In this document: piece after piece, positions 1 to 8,338 of the stretch
How the letters are laid out: each line of letters begins with the position of its first letter
Position numbering within the stretch: the first letter of the stretch is position 1
Virus record (IMG/VR): IMGVR_UViG_3300042898_001426
Location: 1-34,628 of that record
DNA: 34,628 nt
Origin: a virus
Taxonomy: Duplodnaviria > Caudoviricetes
Strand: one strand, 5' to 3'
Position numbers and translations under genes: made by a program
Notes under the pieces: generated by a model
The model's input: the letters and a program-made list of their open reading frames with translations, nothing else
Told to the model about the DNA's origin: nothing
The model's database searches: none

Positions 1-1
1 A

Positions 2-3000
2 TTCACTGATACCGTTACCATATATGCTACGGTTGAAGTAAACCTCGCGGCACCTCTTGTCAAAACTCTTAACAGAGCGAGATATGTTGCGTTTGACCTG
101 TCTCATAAAATTCTTGCTTCTGCAGTAGATGTTTCCACTGAAACATTTACATATACTGCTCACGGATATTCTTCTGGTGATGCTGTAGTATATTACAATG
201 GTGGCGGTACAAGTGTTGCAGGATTGACAAGTGGAACTACATATTACGTAATTTCTGCTGGATTAACTGCTAATGCCTTTAGAGTATCAGCATCATCAGG
301 CGGTAGTGCGGTTAATCTTACAGGAACAGGTAACGATCTTCAGTACTTCTTCAAGGTCGGTGGCGGAACGTCATTAAATCTTGGTGTTGCAGATATATTC
401 TCTGTTGATGCTGTTTATAAGGCAGCAGTTGGAACTTCTTACTCAAATATCGTAACAACTGGCACGGATATTGCTTCACAATATACTTTAGATAATGGTC
501 AGCGTGATAATACGTACGAACTCGGTAAACTTACTGCAGTCAATGGGGCTGCTTCTCTCGCTGGATTCAATCTAGTTGCTAAGATTAGTTACTTCACTCA
601 TACGGAAACTGCATCTACTGCTGGTTACTTCGCAGTTGATTCGTATCCTGTTAACGACGCAGTTGTTGGTGGTGGTAATATCAAAACATACGAGATTCCG
701 ATCTACACATCGACTACAACTGGTGAGTCGTATGATCTTCGTGATACCCTCGACTTTAGAATAAGAATTACTGACTCGATTACTCCTGTTACCTTTGCGT
801 CTATCGCTTCGGTTCCAGTAAATCCTGTAGTATCGACAACAGTTGATCCTGCTTCTTTTGGTCTCACTATTCCTAGACCCGAACAAGAAATCAATATCAA
901 TTACGAATATTATGTTGGTCGTAAAGATAAGATCGTATTGGATGACAATGGTGTGTTCTCTGCTGTAAGCGGAACTCCATCACTGACTCCAGTTGAACCG
1001 CTTACTCCTGAAAACGCAATGTGTATTGCCATTGTTACAATCCCACCATTTCCATCTCTTGCTCCTAATGTTGCTAAGTCAACTGGACGCAATGAATATG
1101 GTGTAACTTTCCGCACTCTTGATAATCGTCGTTACACAATGCGTGATATCGGCGGAATTGCGCAACGTATTACTCGTTTGGAATACTACACTTCTCTGAC
1201 TCTTCTCGAAAAGTCAACTGAATCACTGTTCATTCCTAGTGCAACAGACCCAACGCTAAATAGATTTAAGCATGGTATTCTGGTAGATGCGTTTACTGGT
1301 CACAACGTTGGCAATCCAAAAGATCTCAACTATAGTTGCTCTATTGACGCAATCAATCAAGAACTTCGTCCGTTCTTTAATATTGAGAATGTCGACCTGA
1401 TTTTTGATTCGGTAAATTCTCTTGGTGTAAAGAAAACAGGTGATCTATTAACACTTCCATATAACTATACAGTTCTTACTCAGAATACATTTGCTTCTAA
1501 GTCAAGAAACTGTGTAGGCGATCTGCTGTTCTCTTTCATTGGTGACATGACTCTCGATCCTCCTGTTGATAACTGGACTGATACTGCACAAAGTCCCGAT
1601 CTCGCTGTAAACTTCGACGGTAACTACGACAACTTTGCTGCGATGGCAAATTCTTGGGGGACTCAGTGGAATGATTGGCAGGATATCGTAACTGGTCGTT
1701 CTGTCTCCACTGACACAACCAGTACTGGTGGACAGACTCGCGTATCTGGTGATACGTTATTCCAAGATCAAATTCAGATTTCAACTACTACCACTACACA
1801 GCGCCAAACTCGCCAAGGTGTGACTATGACTGTCACACCCGAAACTATCACAAGAGATCTTGGTGATCGTGTAACAAATGCTTCTATCATTCCATATATG
1901 AGAAGCGTTACAATTACTGTTAAGTGCAAGAGACTGAAACCAGCGACTAGAATTTATCCATTCTTCGACGGTATTGATGTTACAGCACATTGTCGTCCAC
2001 TATTAAGTGCTGCCCTTGCAGCATCACCAACCGATCCCGCAGAATATTCTCAATATGCTATCACAAATGGTACGGGTGATTATGGTGATTCGTTAATTAC
2101 TGATGCGGACGGAGAACTTGCAATTCAGTTTAGAATTCCTGCTGGTACGTTTAGAACAGGAACTAAGAATTTCAGAGTTTGCGATGATCCGTTTAACAGA
2201 TCTGCATTCGTCACAACCTCTGCGACAAATTCGTTCTCTGCCAATGGTCTCTCGCAAGTTGTCCAAGGAACTGTTGTTTCTACAAGAGAGGCAAATGTTG
2301 CGTTTAATACTGTAAGCGATTCTCGCTCTGTAACTGAAAGCAATACTACTGCAAATCGTATTGGTGAAAGAGCAGTCGGGGTTGTTCAGAATACCACGGT
2401 AAACAATACGTTTACTACAGTTAATAATACCACAAACGTTTCTAATACTACCAATAACACAACTGTTGTTAATGAAACCAATGTCATCAACACTGTGGTT
2501 AATGCCATTACGAATGTAAATGAAACTAATATTACCAATAATCCAGTTATTGTTATTGAGAGAGAAATTCCAGTTGTAGTACTTGTAACGCCACCTGAGG
2601 AACTACCACCACCGCCAACAGTTCCTGAGGACTCAGGTCCACCTTCAGAAGCAGTCTTTATTGAACCAGGTGACTTTGGCGATTTTGGGATCGACATGCT
2701 TGGAAATAATTGGGGCACTTCTCTGCGGGGAGGAGTCTTTTCCATGGGAGGAATGGATCCACTCGCACAAAGTTTCTTTGTCAATGGAATGCCATTCGGA
2801 ACATTTGTAACTGGTCTGGACGTATACTTCAGAACTAAGGGAACTGCGCCAATCACCCTGCAACTTCGTGAGATGATTAATGGATTCCCGACAGAGAAGG
2901 TTCTTCCTTTCGGCGAAGTTACCAAAACTGCAGACGAGGTTGCCACTTCGACTGAGGATGCCGATGGTGTTGTGACATTCTCTGACACGAATTTTACATT

Positions 3001-4558
3001 CCCATCGCCTGTTTATCTACAGAATAATACGGAATACTGTTTCGTTCTTCTACCTGCTGGTAACGATCCTGGATATACTGCATGGGTTTCGGAAATCGGC
3101 GAAAATGAAGTAGGTACTTCTAAGAGAATTTCAGAGCAACCAAATGTTGGTATGTTGTTTACTTCAGCAAACAATCGCACTTGGAGCGAAAAGCAAGCAG
3201 AAGATATGAAGTTTACTTTGTATCGCGCAATCTTTGATACATCCGTTATCTCGACTGCTAAGTTCCAGAATTCTAACTATGACTATCTTGCGCTCTCGGA
3301 TGTTATGTATCTTGCTGCTGATGATACTGTTTCGGCATCCAAGTTTGCTGCAGGCGAGAAGGTTTACGTAGAAGGATCTGAGTCAACTAAGTATGGTTAT
3401 GTAAAGCAATACGATCCTCTGTATAATGTTCTGAAGATTGTCGTTCAAGAAGGCGCATTCGCTGCTGCTGATACAATCACCAACGGGACAATTTACACTA
3501 CCGTCGCTGAAGTTGAAAATAAACTGATCAACTCTATCCAAACCAATATCGGTTATATGGACTTCACACCAACTACAGGCGTCTGGAGTTATGCTAAAAC
3601 TGCAACTGGTGCTGCTGCTGGAGGAACTACGTTCGAACGTCTAACGTTTGGTGAAACAAATGACATCCCAACAGAAGCAGCGATTTATTCGAAGTCAAAT
3701 GAGACTGCTGATCTTGATGGGGATAAGTCACTAAACATTCGTTTTGGTATGAAGACAATGACTGACACGGTTTCTCCTGTGATCGATCTTAGAAAGTGTT
3801 CGTTGATCTGTATTTCAAATTATATTAACGCTTATGAAGCTGCTGCCGCAATTGTAACTACTGCTGGTACGTTGACGGGTCTATCATATGCAACTACAAC
3901 AGCAGGCATTCCTGGCACTCTTGCTGCTACTGTAGCAACAAGCGGAACTGCTGGTGAGTTTACTTGTGGTGCATCAACTCTAGCAGTTGGTAGTCGTGTT
4001 ACAATTACTGGTACTCTTGCAGGTACAGGCGCTATTACTGGTTATACAACTGGAACAACATATAAGGTTTCTGCTGTGACTGGGTCATCACCGAACGTTA
4101 CTGGATTTACTCTAACGACTACTGGTACAAGCGAAGAGAACAACGCTGGAACTGCAAGTTCTAAGTATATCTCGCGTCGGGTTAATCTAGAAAATAACGC
4201 AGAAGATTTGAAGGTCTATCTGAGCAATTATCTACCAACAGGAACCTCAGCGAAAGTATATGCTAAGTTGCAGAATCCGTCTGATTCTAGAAACTTTGAC
4301 GATCTTGATTGGGTAGAACTAGAGACGAGCGTATCGCCACTAAGTTCTACTGCCGCTGCTGGATTCGTTGAGTATGAATATAAAATACCAAATGCAAATA
4401 AAGTTGGTAGCGTAGAAGATGGTGAATTTACATACACCTATTCGGGAGCGACTTATACCACATATAACACAATGGCGATTAAGATTGTTATGTTCTCTAC
4501 AAATAGTTCTGTTGTTCCTAAGTTTAAGGAACTAAGAGCAATCGCGTTGCAGATATAA
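2..4558 (+). CDS. Large virion/baseplate-associated structural protein (DUF4815/VrlC-like); 5'-truncated, the frame is open from the window start
   Basis: The frame of ORF 224..4558 has no stop back to position 2. Motifs typical of giant structural proteins of environmental T4-like phages: LDNGQRDNTY, YDLRDTLDFR, NRRYTMRDIG, RLEYYTSLTLLE, RFKHGILVDAF, DPLAQSFFV, EDMKFTLYRAIF, KYISRRVNL, VPKFKELRAIAL. Confidence 0.8.
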   Translation, partial: FTDTVTIYATVEVNLAAPLVKTLNRARYVAFDLSHKILASAVDVSTETFTYTAHGYSSGDAVVYYNGGGTSVAGLTSGTTYYVISAGLTANAFRVSASSGGSAVNLTGTGNDLQYFFKVGGGTSLNLGVADIFSVDAVYKAAVGTSYSNIVTTGTDIASQYTLDNGQRDNTYELGKLTAVNGAASLAGFNLVAKISYFTHTETASTAGYFAVDSYPVNDAVVGGGNIKTYEIPIYTSTTTGESYDLRDTLDFRIRITDSITPVTFASIASVPVNPVVSTTVDPASFGLTIPRPEQEININYEYYVGRKDKIVLDDNGVFSAVSGTPSLTPVEPLTPENAMCIAIVTIPPFPSLAPNVAKSTGRNEYGVTFRTLDNRRYTMRDIGGIAQRITRLEYYTSLTLLEKSTESLFIPSATDPTLNRFKHGILVDAFTGHNVGNPKDLNYSCSIDAINQELRPFFNIENVDLIFDSVNSLGVKKTGDLLTLPYNYTVLTQNTFASKSRNCVGDLLFSFIGDMTLDPPVDNWTDTAQSPDLAVNFDGNYDNFAAMANSWGTQWNDWQDIVTGRSVSTDTTSTGGQTRVSGDTLFQDQIQISTTTTTQRQTRQGVTMTVTPETITRDLGDRVTNASIIPYMRSVTITVKCKRLKPATRIYPFFDGIDVTAHCRPLLSAALAASPTDPAEYSQYAITNGTGDYGDSLITDADGELAIQFRIPAGTFRTGTKNFRVCDDPFNRSAFVTTSATNSFSANGLSQVVQGTVVSTREANVAFNTVSDSRSVTESNTTANRIGERAVGVVQNTTVNNTFTTVNNTTNVSNTTNNTTVVNETNVINTVVNAITNVNETNITNNPVIVIEREIPVVVLVTPPEELPPPPTVPEDSGPPSEAVFIEPGDFGDFGIDMLGNNWGTSLRGGVFSMGGMDPLAQSFFVNGMPFGTFVTGLDVYFRTKGTAPITLQLREMINGFPTEKVLPFGEVTKTADEVATSTEDADGVVTFSDTNFTFPSPVYLQNNTEYCFVLLPAGNDPGYTAWVSEIGENEVGTSKRISEQPNVGMLFTSANNRTWSEKQAEDMKFTLYRAIFDTSVISTAKFQNSNYDYLALSDVMYLAADDTVSASKFAAGEKVYVEGSESTKYGYVKQYDPLYNVLKIVVQEGAFAAADTITNGTIYTTVAEVENKLINSIQTNIGYMDFTPTTGVWSYAKTATGAAAGGTTFERLTFGETNDIPTEAAIYSKSNETADLDGDKSLNIRFGMKTMTDTVSPVIDLRKCSLICISNYINAYEAAAAIVTTAGTLTGLSYATTTAGIPGTLAATVATSGTAGEFTCGASTLAVGSRVTITGTLAGTGAITGYTTGTTYKVSAVTGSSPNVTGFTLTTTGTSEENNAGTASSKYISRRVNLENNAEDLKVYLSNYLPTGTSAKVYAKLQNPSDSRNFDDLDWVELETSVSPLSSTAAAGFVEYEYKIPNANKVGSVEDGEFTYTYSGATYTTYNTMAIKIVMFSTNSSVVPKFKELRAIALQI

Positions 4559-4559
4559 T

Positions 4560-4787
4560 ATGGCAAAATTTGCACTTGAAGATACTAATAAATACATTAG
4601 AGACGGAGACTCTAAAGCAATTGTCTCCAATGACAAAAATGCATTAGCAGCATACAATGCTCAGAGAGAAAGACTTCAGCAAATGAAGTCATATGGTACT
4701 GAGATTTGTATACTTAAAGACGAATTGACAGAAATTAAATCTATGTTAAAACAATTTCTTAACAATCATGAAGGTAGGAAAGCATGA
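4560..4787 (+). CDS. Small hypothetical protein with C-terminal coiled coil
   Basis: Tightly packed 75-aa ORF; RDGDSKAIVSND followed by the heptad-like LKDELTEIKSMLKQFL. Confidence 0.7.
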   Translation: MAKFALEDTNKYIRDGDSKAIVSNDKNALAAYNAQRERLQQMKSYGTEICILKDELTEIKSMLKQFLNNHEGRKA

Positions 4788-5266
4788 GCACAATTACACT
4801 GAGGTCTGTCAAAGGCATACCTTTAACAAATAACGAGGTGGATACTAACTTTACCAACCTCAACGAAGACAAGTATCAATCTGGTAGTAGTCCATCTTTT
4901 GTTGATCTGACATTAACTGGTGCATTGACCACATCGGTGGATGCTACGGTTACTGCTGCAGGAACTACACAGGGTGGTGCGACTGCACTTACAAAGGCAG
5001 TCAGCATTGTTACCACAGCAACAGCAGATCAAGGAGTTAAACTCCCAACTGCTGTTGTTGGTCTTTCTGCTACTATTGTCAATACCACTGCAGTTAATAT
5101 CAAAATTTATCCAAACACTTCTGATGTTATTGACGGAGGAACTGCGAACGTTGCTGTTAATCTAGCACCGTATAGTTCTGTTCAGTTAGTTGCGCAGGAT
5201 GCGATAGATTGGTTTCGTATTACCAATCTTATTGTTTACGACACAAGTGGTAACAGGTTAAACTAA
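4784..5266 (+). CDS. Short fibre/baseplate adaptor protein
   Basis: N-terminus ITLRSVKGIPLTNNEVDTNFTNLN is a common baseplate-attachment motif of T4-like fibres. The C-terminal 106 aa are paralogous to the end of 19701..21155. ATGA overlap with the upstream gene. Confidence 0.7.
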   Translation: MSTITLRSVKGIPLTNNEVDTNFTNLNEDKYQSGSSPSFVDLTLTGALTTSVDATVTAAGTTQGGATALTKAVSIVTTATADQGVKLPTAVVGLSATIVNTTAVNIKIYPNTSDVIDGGTANVAVNLAPYSSVQLVAQDAIDWFRITNLIVYDTSGNRLN

Positions 5267-5267
5267 A

Positions 5268-8200
5268 ATGAACCCTCTAAAGGTCAAAGCATCTACGACG
5301 CCAATAACGTCTGCTGTGTTCAGCGGATTGCAACCTTTGACCAATGCAGAGGTCCAGAACTATATTGCTAATGTTATCACAACCAAGTTTGCTACAGACA
5401 CAACTGGATCTGGCACTGCTGAGATAAACATTACGACAGATAATTCTGGTTTGGGAACTTCTATCGGAACCTTTAGTGACACTGATAGAACCGAAGCAAC
5501 AGGGACGCATCCTGCTACTGGTTCAGTTGATACTGTAACATATTACGCAAAGCAAGTAACCACTGCTGTTGCCGAAAATGTTACTGCTCGTCCTGTTGCT
5601 TGGTCTGATGGTGTTCACCAGATGTCCGATTCTGATCTTGATGACGTGTTAGATACTGTTATCTCAGCGTTTGTTGCCGAATCTACATACACTGCTGGTC
5701 AATATAAATTACAAGCAACTGCCCCGTCAGGCGGAACTTGGCAAGCAAGATACACAATTACTGATGTCGCGAACGGCGGAAATACCACAACCTACCTGTG
5801 GCAAAAAACTGCGGCTTCCTCATCTCCTAGTGATTTTCTTGCGCCTCTGAAAAGTAATAATGCAAACTCAGTAAAGATTATGACTGCTGCTGAAATCGAG
5901 CAATTGGTTCCGAATTTCCGCAATCGTATTATTGATACTAATGTGGGTACATATAAGTTACAGGCATCTGCTCCAGCAAGCGGAACATGGGTCGAACTTG
6001 GATCCTCTACTACTGATACCAGAGAAGAGATTTCTCCACTGAATTATGTGGGTAACTATGTAGGGAATTATTCTGGAACATATGGTGGTCCATCATATAC
6101 TGGGAATTTTAGTGGACCTGCATACACTCAAGCATTCTCTGATAACTACGTTGGAACTGCAACATATACTGGTAATTATGGTGGTACTAGTAACTTCAGT
6201 GGTAACTTCAGCAGTAATTTTACTGGTCCGTCATATAGTTCGCCATATACTGGAACAACCTATAGTACCTCTGGTAATTATACTGGATTCTTTTCCTCGA
6301 CGGTAGCATATACTGGTTTTTATTCTGGGCCTCCGCAATCATATACTGGGTATTTTTCTGGTTCTGTAGCATACACAGGATACTATTCATCGGGTGGGTC
6401 ATGGGCACCTGGAGGTCCATCATACTCAAATCCAGCAGGTCCATCATACTCAAATCCAGCAGGACCATCATACTCTACACCAGCAGGTCCATCAACTCCA
6501 GGAGCAACTTATACTGGGTTCTACTCAGGAACTCAAGCATATACTGGAACTTATGCTAGTGGTGTTGAACCAGATACTTTTGAATATTACAGCGGAACCT
6601 ATGCGGGAATTATTCCAGGCGGAGGAACCTATATTGGAACTTTCCAAGGTGCTCCTGTACCATCATCATATACTGGATACTATGAGACGCCTATAGCTCC
6701 TCTTGAACCTGGAGAAGCTTACACAGGATTTTATACGGGAGCTCCAGGTCCAGCGTTTTATTCTGGTTTCTTTAGTGGTGGACCGCCAACACCTTCAAAC
6801 TTTACAGGTGGTTATCTAGGTCCAGCTTCTGCTGGTGGATTTTTCGAAGGTTACTATTCTGGTCCAGCATCCTTTGCAGGAAACTTTGAGGGTGCACCAA
6901 CTCCTGGAAATCCAGCAGGACCATCATACTCTAACCCAGCAGGTCCATCATACTCAAATCCAGCAGGTCCATCATATTCTACTCCAGCGGTGTTTTTCGC
7001 TGGAACTGCATATACTGGATACTATACTGGTCCAGGACCAGCATACTCAGGATTTTTCAGCGGTCCAGGAATAGCGTATACTGGGTACTACAGTGGTCCA
7101 GGTCCAGCGTACTCAGGATTTTTCAGCGGACCTGCAGGAACCCCATATTCTGCAACCTTTACTGGAACAGCATACTCTGGAACCTATACTGGAACCTTCA
7201 CTGGTAACTTCTCGGGTGTTGCACCATCTTATAGTGGCAACTACAGCGGTAACTTTAGCAGCAACTTCAGCAGCAATTTCACTGGACCTCCATATAGTGC
7301 AGCATATACTGGAACAACATATAGTGCAGGTGCCTCCAATTATACGGGTGGAACATACACAGGTCCAGGAAATCCAGGAACAAATTATTCTGGTACTTAC
7401 ATTGGTGCTCCATATTATAACACACCAACAGGTCCATCATACTCGAATCCTGCTGGACCATCATACTCAACTCCAGCAGGTCCATCGTATTCTGGGTCGG
7501 TTGCATATACTGGATACTATAACGGACCTGCGTATTATACAGGACCAGGAGGTCCAGCATATACGGGATATTTCGAGGCAGCATCATATACTGGGTACTA
7601 TAATGGTGCAGGACCATCATACACGGGCGCTATATATACTGGTTTCGGTGGAAATTTTGCTGCTGGTAATGAACCAGGAGGTTCGTTTGCCAATTTCTAT
7701 AGTGGTCCAGGAATAACGTATACTGGTTATTACCAAGCAGGAACATTTGAACCCTTTTCACCAGAAACAGGTCCAATATTCGTCCCCACATATTACTCAG
7801 GGTATTTCACTGGTACAACTACTTATACTGGTACTGCGGCATATACTGGATACTATAGTGGTCCAGGTCCATCATACTCAAATCCAGCAGGTCCATCATA
7901 CTCAAATCCAGCAGGTCCATCATACTCGCAGCCGGCAATGTCTTCTGGGACGCCGTATTCAGGAAATTATGCTGGACCTCCAGGTCCAGGAACTTCATAT
8001 ACTGGATTTTTCAGCGGACCTGCAGGAACCCCATATTCTGCAACCTTTACTGGAACAGCATACTCTGAATCGTATACTGGTAACTTTGCTGGTAACTTTG
8101 GAGGTAACTTTACTGGACCTTCATATAGCACTGGTTCTTTCTCAGGCAACTATATCGGACCTGCTACATATACTGGCAACTATACTGGTAACTTCAGCAG

Positions 8201-8336
8201 TGTCTATACGAATATATATGGAGGTAACTTCACTGGTAACTACTCGGGTACATATTCGGGAACGTATTCTGGAGCAACTATTATTTCCTCAAAAGAAACT
8301 GTATCAACGATTAAACTGTGGATTAGGACGGCATAA
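5268..8336 (+). CDS. Putative virion surface protein with about 740-aa G/Y/S/T/P/F/N low-complexity repeat insertion
   Basis: 1022-aa ORF; globular N-terminus (about 258 aa), repeat region 6042-8273, short conserved C-terminal strand (TVSTIKLWIRTA). Confidence 0.8.
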   Translation: MNPLKVKASTTPITSAVFSGLQPLTNAEVQNYIANVITTKFATDTTGSGTAEINITTDNSGLGTSIGTFSDTDRTEATGTHPATGSVDTVTYYAKQVTTAVAENVTARPVAWSDGVHQMSDSDLDDVLDTVISAFVAESTYTAGQYKLQATAPSGGTWQARYTITDVANGGNTTTYLWQKTAASSSPSDFLAPLKSNNANSVKIMTAAEIEQLVPNFRNRIIDTNVGTYKLQASAPASGTWVELGSSTTDTREEISPLNYVGNYVGNYSGTYGGPSYTGNFSGPAYTQAFSDNYVGTATYTGNYGGTSNFSGNFSSNFTGPSYSSPYTGTTYSTSGNYTGFFSSTVAYTGFYSGPPQSYTGYFSGSVAYTGYYSSGGSWAPGGPSYSNPAGPSYSNPAGPSYSTPAGPSTPGATYTGFYSGTQAYTGTYASGVEPDTFEYYSGTYAGIIPGGGTYIGTFQGAPVPSSYTGYYETPIAPLEPGEAYTGFYTGAPGPAFYSGFFSGGPPTPSNFTGGYLGPASAGGFFEGYYSGPASFAGNFEGAPTPGNPAGPSYSNPAGPSYSNPAGPSYSTPAVFFAGTAYTGYYTGPGPAYSGFFSGPGIAYTGYYSGPGPAYSGFFSGPAGTPYSATFTGTAYSGTYTGTFTGNFSGVAPSYSGNYSGNFSSNFSSNFTGPPYSAAYTGTTYSAGASNYTGGTYTGPGNPGTNYSGTYIGAPYYNTPTGPSYSNPAGPSYSTPAGPSYSGSVAYTGYYNGPAYYTGPGGPAYTGYFEAASYTGYYNGAGPSYTGAIYTGFGGNFAAGNEPGGSFANFYSGPGITYTGYYQAGTFEPFSPETGPIFVPTYYSGYFTGTTTYTGTAAYTGYYSGPGPSYSNPAGPSYSNPAGPSYSQPAMSSGTPYSGNYAGPPGPGTSYTGFFSGPAGTPYSATFTGTAYSESYTGNFAGNFGGNFTGPSYSTGSFSGNYIGPATYTGNYTGNFSSVYTNIYGGNFTGNYSGTYSGTYSGATIISSKETVSTIKLWIRTA
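6414..7935 (+). repeat. Four clusters of 24-bp tandem repeats (GGTCCATCATACTCAAATCCAGCA, peptide GPSYSNPA)
   Basis: About 3 copies each at roughly 6414-6494, 6909-6988, 7431-7493 and 7866-7935. Confidence 0.9.
7116..8067 (+). repeat. Perfect 64-bp direct repeat (7116-7179 and 8004-8067)
   Basis: GGATTTTTCAGCGGACCTGCAGGAACCCCATATTCTGCAACCTTTACTGGAACAGCATACTCTG occurs twice, 888 bp apart, in frame. Confidence 0.9.
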
Positions 8337-8338
8337 AC

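Noticed and set aside
2386-2988. Long antisense ORFs (also 8801..9736, 17851..18540, 11830..12276)
   Set aside because: Antisense shadows of well-supported genes with biased codon use.
6414-7935. 24-bp repeats as a CRISPR array
   Set aside because: The repeats are tandem without unique spacers, stay in frame, vary mostly at synonymous sites, and no cas genes are present.
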